From Candidatus Krumholzibacteriia bacterium (GTDB taxonomy: Bacteria; Krumholzibacteriota; Krumholzibacteriia; JAJRXK01): a DNA stretch of 64,000 nt. The stretch is taken from positions 32,001 to 96,000 of the forward strand of contig JBGPIA010000017.1 of NCBI GenBank assembly GCA_041484665.1. The letters run 5' to 3'. This document shows, piece after piece, positions 10,701 to 19,900 of this stretch. Position numbers and translations under genes: made by a program. A model generated the notes under the pieces. That model did no database searches. It saw only the letters and a program-made list of their open reading frames with translations, and was not told the DNA's origin. Numbering within the stretch: position 1 is the stretch's first letter; each line of letters starts with the position of its first letter.

Positions 10701-11010
10701 CGGCCACCTCAGCGCTCTGCGCACCCGTGGTGCGTTCGGTGTCCGCCAGCAGCGAGCGTGCCATGCCCTGTGCGTCAGGATAGCGCCCGTCCTTGATAAG
10801 AGCGCGAACACGCTCGAGCGTTGGGGACTCCTGCTGAGCATCCGGAGCGGGCGACTGCTGCGCGGACGAAGGCGTCGCAGACTGCGCGAGCGCGGGCGCC
10901 GGCGCTGCGAGCAGCGGGGCGGCAGCCACGAGGATGGTCAGCAGGATGCAGTTTCGCACCCGGGGGCCGACCGCCGCGGAAAGCCGCACGGCGGGCTTTG
11001 CGATGGTCAC
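7766..11010 (-). pseudogene. TPR-CHAT (caspase-like) protein, disrupted
   Basis: Four ORF fragments form one signal peptide-TPR-CHAT gene; extra GC in (GC)6 at 10363-10375; in-frame TAG at 10031-10033 and 8672-8674; motifs YVATHGF and VSSACDTG. Confidence 0.85.
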
Positions 11011-11188
11011 GCTTCCTTCGTTCCGGTGGATGCGTCCATTCTACTCGCAGCCCGTCCCACGTCGATACTGCCCGGCGCGGATCGTCATCCCGGAATCCGT
11101 CGCCGCGTCTTGCAGCAGGCTCCCGCTGATGAGGCGAAGGTGGGCGCGCTTGCGGCGGCGTGATATGGTCCGCGCATGAAGGCTGGTC

Positions 11189-11845
11189 ATGCCGACGCCT
11201 GAACCAACCACGCCTGCGCGAACCCGGGATGATCCCGGCAACGAGGAACGACTCGTCGCCGGTCTGATCGCCGGGGACCGGAGCGCCATCGCCGAGTTCC
11301 TGGAACGGACCCACCACGCCGTCTACGGCCTGGCCATCCGAGTCGGTGGCGACCCGGAAACACGACGCGATTGGACGCACGAAGCGCTGCTCGGTCTGTT
11401 GGAGGACCTCCGCCGCGGCCGTTTCGTCTACCGGGGGCCGGGCAGCTTCTGGGCCTGGTTCCGCAAGCGTGCCTATTTCCGCGTGCTCGACGAGCGACGA
11501 CGCTGCCGGCGGCGTCGGGAGCGCGAGGGGCACGCGGCGACCGACGAGGACGGCGACATCGATCTCGACGGCTACGCCGGGACGGAGGATCCCCTTCGCG
11601 AGCTCGAGCGCGTGGAGATCCGCGCCGCGATCGAGGCGTGTCTGGACAAGCTGCCGAGCGCCGATCAGCGCCGCGCCCTGTGGCTTCTCTACGCGGAAGC
11701 CAGGCCCTACCAGGACATCGCCGACACCATGGCCTCGTCACTGAACACGGTGCGCTCCTGGATCCGGCGCGGCCGCATCCTGCTGCGCAAGTGCCTGATG
11801 GTCACCCTCGATCTCGCCGCCCCGCCGGACGGTCTGGACGCCTGA
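11189..11845 (+). CDS. ECF (sigma-70 group 4) RNA polymerase sigma factor
   Basis: AGDRSAIAEF, F..W (SFWAWF), LDKLP..QRRALWL, YQDIADTM..SLNTVRSWIRRGR region-4 HTH. Confidence 0.9.
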   Translation: MPTPEPTTPARTRDDPGNEERLVAGLIAGDRSAIAEFLERTHHAVYGLAIRVGGDPETRRDWTHEALLGLLEDLRRGRFVYRGPGSFWAWFRKRAYFRVLDERRRCRRRREREGHAATDEDGDIDLDGYAGTEDPLRELERVEIRAAIEACLDKLPSADQRRALWLLYAEARPYQDIADTMASSLNTVRSWIRRGRILLRKCLMVTLDLAAPPDGLDA

Positions 11846-11857
11846 GGCGGGTGCGGT

Positions 11858-11883
11858 GCAACTCTCGCGGCGGCGAGATCCGT
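11858..11883 (+). promoter_or_regulatory. putative ECF promoter GCAACT-N17-CGT upstream of the anti-sigma gene
   Basis: AAC/CGT elements are typical of ECF promoters; identical motif and spacing at 16334-16359. Confidence 0.55.
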
Positions 11884-11917
11884 TCTTGCTGCGCGGGCCG
11901 AACCAAGGACGGGGCAG

Positions 11918-12796
11918 GTGGAGCGAGAACACGATCGCTGGCGGGAGCTGATCCTCGCCCACGAGGACCTCGGAGTGGACGAGCGGGCCGCTGCGGACGA
12001 CCACCTCGCCGCGTGCGAGGACTGTCGCGCGCTGTTGGCGCGTCTGCGCGAGCTGGAGAAGGCGGCGGCGCCGCGCGGGCAGCTCCCCCCGCTCGACACC
12101 GTCGCGCCGGCGCTCTCGCCACCGCTGCAAGCGGAGGCGGACGCGAGCCTGCATACGCTGCGGGCGCGCCTCGGCCTGGAGCAGGAGCGGACTGCGGCGC
12201 AGGGAGAGACCGCCCGGCACTCGGCCGGCCGGCGCGCTCCGCTGCGCCGTCTCGGCGTCCCGCTCGCGCTCGCAGCTGGCTTGGTCTTCGTCGCAGTGCT
12301 CGCCCGTACCGATCGCGAGCAATCAGTCGTGCGCGGCCTGCGGATCCTGCCGTTCTCGGCCGACCGGGGCGGGGCCCAGAGCACTGCCACCACGCCGCGC
12401 CCCGTCTGGCATACGGGGGACGCCTTCGTCCTGGCGTTCGATCTCACGACGGACTCGTACCCGGCGGTGTTCCACGTCGGCCCGTCGGGTGAGGTGTCGC
12501 TTCTCCATCCCATGGACGCGAGCGCGCCCCTGCCGCGTCTGGCCGCCGGTCGCGGCCGCGAGCTGCCGCTCGCCGGCGAGCGGTCGGTGTGGGCCCTCGA
12601 AGGGGCGCCTGGACCCGAGACCTTCCTGGTCGCCGCCGGGAAGCGCCCCGATCCGGGCCTGCCGGAGGTCCTCGCCGACGCGCAGACGCTGGCGCAGACG
12701 ACGCCGCGGCGACAGGAGGTGCTGGCGGGGCTCGTCCGACTCCTCACCGTCCGGCTGGGGCCGGTGCAGACCGTCGAAGTCGAGCATCTGCCTTGA
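11918..12796 (+). CDS. zinc-finger (zf-HC2) anti-sigma factor with TM helix and DUF4384-like extracytoplasmic domain
   Basis: DHLAACEDC (HxxxCxxC); TM LGVPLALAAGLVFVAVLA; GDAFVLAFDLTTDSY...VSLLHP...GPETFLVAA resembles DUF4384. Confidence 0.8.
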   Translation: MEREHDRWRELILAHEDLGVDERAAADDHLAACEDCRALLARLRELEKAAAPRGQLPPLDTVAPALSPPLQAEADASLHTLRARLGLEQERTAAQGETARHSAGRRAPLRRLGVPLALAAGLVFVAVLARTDREQSVVRGLRILPFSADRGGAQSTATTPRPVWHTGDAFVLAFDLTTDSYPAVFHVGPSGEVSLLHPMDASAPLPRLAAGRGRELPLAGERSVWALEGAPGPETFLVAAGKRPDPGLPEVLADAQTLAQTTPRRQEVLAGLVRLLTVRLGPVQTVEVEHLP

Positions 12797-12809
12797 GCCG
12801 GGAGCGCGT

Positions 12810-15800
12810 CTATGGGACTCGCTCGCCCAGCAGCACGAACGGCGCCCAGGCGGCCGGCACGGACGAGCGCCCGTCCAGCGAACGCCGGCCGACACCGCGC
12901 GTCTGCGGGGCGAGTGGCTCCCCGGCGCCGCCGTCCGCCCCCTCCAGCGACCGCAGCGCGGCGGTCTTGGCCCCGCGCAGCGCCACGGCCGGAGGCTGGC
13001 CTTCGGCCAGTCGTCGGTAGAAGGCGGCCATGAAGCGCATGGTCGCGGCGTCGTCGACCTTCCAGAGGCTCACCACGAGGTTGCGCGCCCCCATCAGCCG
13101 GAAGGCCCGCGCGAGGCTCAGCAACCCTTCGCCACGCAACAGTCTCCCCGCGCCGGTCTCGCAGGCCGACAGCGTCACGAGCTGCAGATCCTGACTGTGC
13201 TCGGCGATCTCCTGCGCTTGCAGGATGCCGTCGTCGGTGCCATCACCCGCGGGATCCTTGGCAGGCGACAGCACGATGCCGGAGAACTCGGGGTGCCGGT
13301 CGTCCACGAACGCGTGGGCCGCCACGTGGACCATACCCGCACGGGCGGTCTCCTCCCAGAAGCGGCGCTCGGTTGCTTGCTCGCCTACGAACACGCGCGC
13401 GCCGGGGACCAGACCGGGCAGGGCCTCGACCTCCCGTCGCGCGTTCGGCAGCGGGCGCAGCGCCGGAAGCCCATCGCCCGACGCGACGCCGGGAGTGCCC
13501 GTTCCAGCCTCCCCAGCCACGAGGGCCGGGTCGCCGAACGCCACAAGCGGAGCAGTGTACGATTCGTCGCGGCCGGGCGCGGGCGGTCGCGCGGGATGAA
13601 GCAGCAGCGTGGCCGAGCTCGCGTAGACGACCGGCGCTCTCTCCAGCAGGCATACACGTCCGTCCCCTCGCCGGTCGCCGACCAGGAGCGCTTCGAACGG
13701 CAGCAGGTGCAGGGCGCCGTCCGGCAGGATGTAGAGTGCCCGATCGGTGGCTCCGGCCAGGGCCCTTCCCCCGAGCAGCGTGTCGGCGAGCGCGGCGGCC
13801 GCCGCTCGCCAGGCGTCGGCCGGACCGTCGCGCAGTGCGGCCACGAGGTCCGCCACGCGACGCCCCAGACGCGCTTCACCCCAGGGGATCTCCGCCACCG
13901 CCAGCTCCTTTGGCGCGACGGTGAAGACCAGCGTGGCATCCACGCCGACCAGGTAGGCGACCAGACGCTCACCGGGCCGCAGAGCCGCCTGGACCTCGCG
14001 CGCGCCGACCACCGGGAGACGGCCGACCTGGCACGCGAAGCCCGGTGCCTCGTGCTCCACGCGCAGAGCGAGGTCGCTCCAAACCGTCTTCAGCGAATCC
14101 ACCCGGCGCTCCAGGCTGCCGAGCGCCGGGGAGCGGTCGGTCGTCTCCGGCGAGTGCTCTTCGCGCAGAGCGGACTGGAGCCCGGCCAGCTCCGTCTCGA
14201 CCGCCCTGAGGCTCTCGCCCAGCACGCCCGGCACCCGGGCCCGTAGACCGGTGGCGCCCAGGGAGAGGGCCTCGCGCAGGCTACGTCCCCGCCCGCGCTC
14301 GAGTGCGGCGAACGCGGCCTCGGGTTGCCCGAGGGCAACGTGGGCGCGCGCGAGATCGGCGTAAGCGCTGTACCACGCTGCGGCGAACCCCGCGCGCTCG
14401 CCCGTGGCGGTGAAGGATGAGCGGATCTCCTCCAGTCCTCGCAGACCCGATTCGAGCTCGACGACGGCCTCCCGCTCGCGTCCGGCCGCGCGCAGGCAGC
14501 TGCCCAGGGCTAGTCGCGTTTGCGCGGTCTCCGCCGGGCCGTGCAGCTGCCGGAGGATGGCCAGGCTGCGCTGCAGCAGCGGCAGCGCCCGGGCCGGCTC
14601 GCCTGCGCTAGCCCGGATCTGGCCCTGCAGGCGCAGCGTGACCGCCAGCTCGAGCGTGTCCGGCATCGTGCCGAACAGGGCTGCCGTCGTGTCGAGAAGC
14701 GCCTCGGCCGCGGGTCGCCGGCCGAGGGCCTCGAGCAGGCCTGCCTCGCGGCGCATCAGGTCCCACTGCAGTTGAGGCACCCCCTCGTGCGCGAGCCTCC
14801 GCCCCGTGCGTGCCGCGTCGAGAGCGGCCTCGTCGCGCCCCAACTCCTGAAGCGCGCGCGACTGCAGGAGCAAGAGCGAGATCTGCTGGCGGCGATTGCT
14901 CGCGCCCGCCGCCGCGGCGATCCCCTCCTCCGCGACCGTCAGCGCGCGTTCCGGGTTGCCGGTGTCGAGGTGCAGCTGCGCCAGGTCGGCGAGGATGGCC
15001 GGCACCCGGATCTCCAGGCCGCGCGTGCGACAGACGGCCAGCGCCTCCTCGTACCGCAGGCGCGCGTCGCGATAGTTCCCCAGCCGGCACTCGGTGGAGG
15101 CCAGGCCGTCCAGGATCAGCGCCTGGAAGCCCGGATCACCCCCGGTCGGGCCGAGACCGCGCAGCCCCTCCGTGTAGGCTTCCTTCGCCTCCCGGTAGCG
15201 GCCCATGTCCCTCGCGAGATTCCCCAGGTCGCCGTAGCACCTGGCGAGGATGTCATTCTCGCGAAGCGCACGCGCCATGGCCACCGCCCGGATCTGCTGT
15301 TCGCGCGCCCGGCTCAGCGCTCCCTCGGCCCTGTCCAGATGCGCCAGGGCGCGCAGCGCCATCAACTCCTGGCGCTGATAGCCAAGGGACTGCGCCAGTT
15401 CGAGGGCGCGCGCGCCGTGGCGGCGCGCGGTCGTCAGATCACCGAGCGTCTTGTAGGCGTTGGAGAGCTGGCGGAGGCATTCGATGAGCTGATGACCGGG
15501 GGGCCGGTTGGAAAGCAGGGCCAGGGCCTCGATACGGGTCTGAAGGGCGGTCCGCGCGCTCTGCCGATATTCGATCTCGGCCCGAGTGAGCAGGACGTCG
15601 GCCAGGGCGTCCGGGTCGCCCAGCGCGCGCGCTGCGGCCTCGGCGTCCTGGAGATCACGCGTGATCTCCGGGACGACCTGGGACCCGCGTCGCAGAACCA
15701 ACTTCCAGAAGAGCGCACGGCAGGCGTCGGACCGCCGGCCAGCCGCGGCGTAGGCATCGTGTGCACGTTGCAGGGACGTGCGCGCGCGCGCCACGTCGCC

Positions 15801-16241
15801 GCGCGCGAACAGCATGGTCGCCGCGGTCACTTGCACGCCCGCGCGGCCGGGCTCCTGTTCGGCTTGCGTCAACAGCTGCCGTCCCGCGGCAGAGTCGGCC
15901 GGGGTCGTGACGAGCAACTGACCGCGCAGCCACGCGGCAAGGAAGTGATCGGGATCCGCGCTCAGCCGACGTGACGCTGCCGCAGATGCGGAGTCTGGGC
16001 TTTCGCGCCACAGGTCGCGCAAGCGAACGTACTCGTCCCCAAAGCGGGGGGCCTGTGACTTCAGGACCGGCTCGGCGGGCAAGGTCGCGCCCGCAGCCAG
16101 GGCCATGAGCGCGCTTCCCAGGATCGCGGCCGTGGCAGCAAGGAGGCGCCGCAAGGGGACGGTTCCGCGGAAAACTCCCGCGCGTCGCGCACTTGACGGC
16201 CCCGCTGCGACTCGCGGGTAGATCCGGCCGGTCGGCGACAT
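12810..16241 (-). CDS. exported TPR-CHAT caspase-like protease (intact)
   Basis: Hydrophobic N-terminus; TPRs; CHAT motifs ILPDGALHLLPFEAL, VHVAAHAF (His), LVTLSACETG (Cys), SLWKVDD, WAPFVLLG; start codon uncertain. Confidence 0.9.
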   Translation of the reverse strand: MSPTGRIYPRVAAGPSSARRAGVFRGTVPLRRLLAATAAILGSALMALAAGATLPAEPVLKSQAPRFGDEYVRLRDLWRESPDSASAAASRRLSADPDHFLAAWLRGQLLVTTPADSAAGRQLLTQAEQEPGRAGVQVTAATMLFARGDVARARTSLQRAHDAYAAAGRRSDACRALFWKLVLRRGSQVVPEITRDLQDAEAAARALGDPDALADVLLTRAEIEYRQSARTALQTRIEALALLSNRPPGHQLIECLRQLSNAYKTLGDLTTARRHGARALELAQSLGYQRQELMALRALAHLDRAEGALSRAREQQIRAVAMARALRENDILARCYGDLGNLARDMGRYREAKEAYTEGLRGLGPTGGDPGFQALILDGLASTECRLGNYRDARLRYEEALAVCRTRGLEIRVPAILADLAQLHLDTGNPERALTVAEEGIAAAAGASNRRQQISLLLLQSRALQELGRDEAALDAARTGRRLAHEGVPQLQWDLMRREAGLLEALGRRPAAEALLDTTAALFGTMPDTLELAVTLRLQGQIRASAGEPARALPLLQRSLAILRQLHGPAETAQTRLALGSCLRAAGREREAVVELESGLRGLEEIRSSFTATGERAGFAAAWYSAYADLARAHVALGQPEAAFAALERGRGRSLREALSLGATGLRARVPGVLGESLRAVETELAGLQSALREEHSPETTDRSPALGSLERRVDSLKTVWSDLALRVEHEAPGFACQVGRLPVVGAREVQAALRPGERLVAYLVGVDATLVFTVAPKELAVAEIPWGEARLGRRVADLVAALRDGPADAWRAAAAALADTLLGGRALAGATDRALYILPDGALHLLPFEALLVGDRRGDGRVCLLERAPVVYASSATLLLHPARPPAPGRDESYTAPLVAFGDPALVAGEAGTGTPGVASGDGLPALRPLPNARREVEALPGLVPGARVFVGEQATERRFWEETARAGMVHVAAHAFVDDRHPEFSGIVLSPAKDPAGDGTDDGILQAQEIAEHSQDLQLVTLSACETGAGRLLRGEGLLSLARAFRLMGARNLVVSLWKVDDAATMRFMAAFYRRLAEGQPPAVALRGAKTAALRSLEGADGGAGEPLAPQTRGVGRRSLDGRSSVPAAWAPFVLLGERVP

Positions 16242-16333
16242 GGTCAGCCCCCTCCCGGTGTGGTGCGCCGCCTCAACCCCGAGCGACCGTGTTGCGATCC
16301 AGGATTGCCGAGACGCGGATCATAGCACGACCC

Positions 16334-16359
16334 GCAACTTTCCGCGCCACGACGGCCGT
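16334..16359 (+). promoter_or_regulatory. putative ECF promoter GCAACT-N17-CGT upstream of the 16442-21054 operon
   Basis: Same motif and spacing as 11858-11883; about 80 bp upstream of the GTG start. Confidence 0.55.
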
Positions 16360-16441
16360 GTTCTCTCGCGTCCGTCCCCCGTCATGCCAGCCGGACCGCG
16401 CGAACGGCGATGATCCAGACCACACACCGGGAGGTCGAGTC

Positions 16442-16921
16442 GTGCCCAGCCAGTTGCGTCTCCGAAACATGATCGTCCTGCTCGCCGGCTCGCTGGCTCT
16501 GATCGGCACCGCCGGCGCAGCCACGGCTCAGGACGCCTTAGACCCGGCGGCGGCGCCGGACGCGGCGCTGACCGTGGCGCAGACACCAACTGCCCTGGCC
16601 CTGGAGCTCTCAGCCGTGCTGCAGGACGAAGCGGCGCGCCTGCGCGAGCTGGAGGCGAGCTTCGGCGCGGCCGCGGACGCGAGCAGCGCCCTCGCCGTGG
16701 AGCGGGAGATCGCAGCGGTCAAGTCGGTCACCGAGATCCGGCTCATGCGCGTGCAGGCACGCCACGCCCGCGAGGCGGGACGACTGGAGGCGGCCGTGCG
16801 GATCGAGGCTGCCATCGCCGAGCTCACGACGGCGAGCGCGCGGCCCGCGACACCGCCGCCGATCACCCCACGGGCCGAGCCGCGCGACGACGGACAGCGG
16901 CGCGAAGGAGGCCCGCGATGA
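16442..16921 (+). CDS. small exported alpha-helical hypothetical protein
   Basis: GGAGG RBS then GTG 16442; signal peptide ending ATA-Q; Ala/Glu/Arg-rich helices; ATGA overlap with the next gene. Confidence 0.7.
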   Translation: MPSQLRLRNMIVLLAGSLALIGTAGAATAQDALDPAAAPDAALTVAQTPTALALELSAVLQDEAARLRELEASFGAAADASSALAVEREIAAVKSVTEIRLMRVQARHAREAGRLEAAVRIEAAIAELTTASARPATPPPITPRAEPRDDGQRREGGPR

Positions 16922-19900
16922 GAAGCGTGCAAGTCTGTTCCCGATTGGGCGGCGCGCTGGCGCTGTTCATGGCGGTCGCGGGTGATGTGCTCGTGGCGCC
17001 GTCGCTCGCCGCGCCGCCGCCCGCGGCGTCGCTCGCGGCGCCGCTCTCCGCGGTCGGCGCCCCGGCCGCCATCGCCACCTCGGCCGGCGCCGGGATTGGC
17101 GCGACAGTGCCGCAGTCCCGCCACATCCGGATCCGCGGGAGGGCCATGACCCTGCGCCCGGATGGCCAGACGGTTCCGATCATGAAGGCGTCGGTCGACA
17201 TGGAGGATGAGGACTGGGGACTGTTCTCCCCGACGTACGAACCTCTGAGTTGGACCTATACCGACGCCGACGGCTACTTCGACACGACATTCCTGTGGAA
17301 CCCCGGGCTGTTCGATGACACCGAACCGGACATCGTGGTCACCATCTTGTCCACCTACTCCCCGCTTCCCAACCAGGTGACCATGGTGGATCCTGACGTC
17401 CACGCCGGTGATCTGGAGTGGTACACGCTCACGATTGCGACCATCGACGACTACTCAGGCACCGACCTGGATACCGGCACCATCCTGGCAGGCACGCAGC
17501 GCAAGCAGGAAGCGTTCTACGCCTACACGCAGATCATGCGGGCCCGGGAGTGGATCATCGACCACGTGGCGCCCTCCTTCCTCTCGGAGCGCCTGGTGAT
17601 TTCCTACCCCACGAACCACTCCGGCGCCGAAATCCCAGCCTCGGACCTCCTGGAGATCCTGGAATCGGAGGCCTTCGACGACCACGCGGTGCTGCGCGAG
17701 CTCGCCCGCAAGTGGCACAGGGTCAACGGTCAGCATCTTACTCCCGACCTTGTCAACGGGGTTTGCGACGGGACCGGACACGGCTATTGCCTCTGGTGCG
17801 CCGAGAACGACCATGATGCCTGGGAGCAGGGCTTCTGCTACTGGTTCGCCGACGTGCTGGTCAACCAATTGGCGACGATCTACGGTGAGCCCCCGCTCTC
17901 CTCCGAGAATCTGGAATCGCTGGCCACCTGCTCGGGCGTGCTGAACGACCCCCTGACGACGGCCGGTTTCGTCGCGGCGCTGCTGCACGACATCCAGGAC
18001 AGCGAGCAGGATGACCATCTGCAGTACGCCTCCGGGCTCGACGCGTTGTCCCTGGGCTACAACGAGATCCTCACCGTCGTCGACGCGGACGAGCCCGCCA
18101 CGGTGGCGGAGTTCATCGACGCTTTCCACGCCCGCTATCCGCAGTGGTGCGAGGAACTGTGGCAGACGGCGAAGAACTGCGGCTACGACCGCGACGTGTC
18201 CGCCCCCGGCGCGCCGACAAGTCTGACATCGCCCAGCCACGCGCAGTTCAGCACCTCGCCCGACGCGACCGTCCAATTCACCTGGACCTCGCCATCGGAC
18301 GACATGTCCTGCATCGATGGCTATGGATTCTCCGTCACTGCCGACGGCTTCGCGATCCCCACGGCCGTCAAGGACATGGAACAGGTCACCAGCTACACGA
18401 CTGCGCCGCTGGCGCCGGGCACCTACTACTTCAATCTCCGCGCGGTCGACAATGCGGGGCGGTGGAGCGCGACCTACGCGACCTACGGGCCGTTCACGAT
18501 TGCCGCGCCGGAGCCAGCCAACCTGGTCTACGAGCTCCCACTGGATTGGGCCAAAGTGCTCGTGCCGCGCGCCACCGGCGACGCGACGGCCAACAGCGTC
18601 ACGGCGCCGACGACGCTGACGGGCAACGTGGCGGCTACGTACTGGAACGTGGCCGGCCGCAACGCGGGCGCGTTGGCGACCTCCAGCAGCTTCAGCGTGC
18701 GCCTCTACGTCGACGGCATTTTCAACAGCTCCACGACCGTTTCTTCCACGGCCGGGGGCGCTAGTTTCAACCGGATCAACCGCGGGCCGATGACCGTCAG
18801 AGGCGGGCGGCACACCTACGAGGCACTGCTGGACGGCGGGGAGCAGATCGCCGAGACGAGCGAGACCGACAACCGCTGGGCTGAGCAGTGGATCTGGACT
18901 CCCTTACCGCTGGCGGACGGCGTGCCGATCACGCGCAACGCCCCCCCCGATCGCACGGCCGGCTGGGACGCCATCGGCCCCGGGCCGGCGCTCTACTACA
19001 ATTGCGACGGCCTGCGCCTGACGACCACGGGCTGGTGGAACGCCGTCACGGTCCATGCGCTCAACGACGCCGACGACTACGACTGCCGCCTGCACGCTGC
19101 CTCATCGTCTGCCCTGCCCGGCGCGGGAGGATTCGGCGCCAACGCGGGCTACTCCGCGCGCGGCGCGGGCGGCGTGGACGCCGTGCTGGTCAACCGCAAC
19201 GTGACGGGCGCTGGCGACTGGGACGTGGGCGTGCTCAACAGCAGCGGCGGCGCCAGCCAGTACATCGCGCGACACGTGACCAGCCAAACCCACCCCTTCG
19301 GTACCCGCGTGACAGTGCCCATGGTGCAGGACCAGACGATCCTGCTGCGCGAATTCCATGTGGGCCCGACCGACGTCGGCTGGGTGGACATCCTCGTCGA
19401 CGTGGCGCCGCAGGATGGCCCGGTCTCCGTGCTGTTCCTGGACGAGACCTTCTCCACCGGCGACCTGTTGGACTTCGACGGCTACCAGAAAACTGGCCTG
19501 ACGGGCCAGGCGCGGCTGGAGACGAACATCTCCTCCGACGGCTACAACTGCGTCGCGGTATATCGCGATCCCAAGGACGGGACCGGTCCGATCAACGTGA
19601 CAATCGAGATCGGCAAGACGCCTCCAGACTTCAGGCCCCACCTGAGCGCTGGATGGTACGCCCCTGTGGTGCCGCGCTCCGCCGGTGACGCCAACGCGGG
19701 CGCGACAGCGGCGCCGCTCACGCTCACCGGAAACGCCGCAACGACCTGGATGAACCTGGCCGTGATCAACGACAGCCCGGCCGGCGCCACGGCGACCCTC
19801 CCGGCACGTCTCTACCTGGACGGGACGCCGATCGAGGTCGGCAACTTCGGTATGCTCGCGGCCTACCAGATCAACCGTGCGAACAACGAAGGGCCCTACA

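Noticed and set aside
12489..15974. Long plus-strand ORFs (585 aa, 484 aa) and similar antisense ORFs such as 38790-40649, 50828-52582 and 52320-54260
   Set aside because: Shadow ORFs opposite well-supported genes, expected in high-GC DNA; Arg/Pro-rich with no motifs
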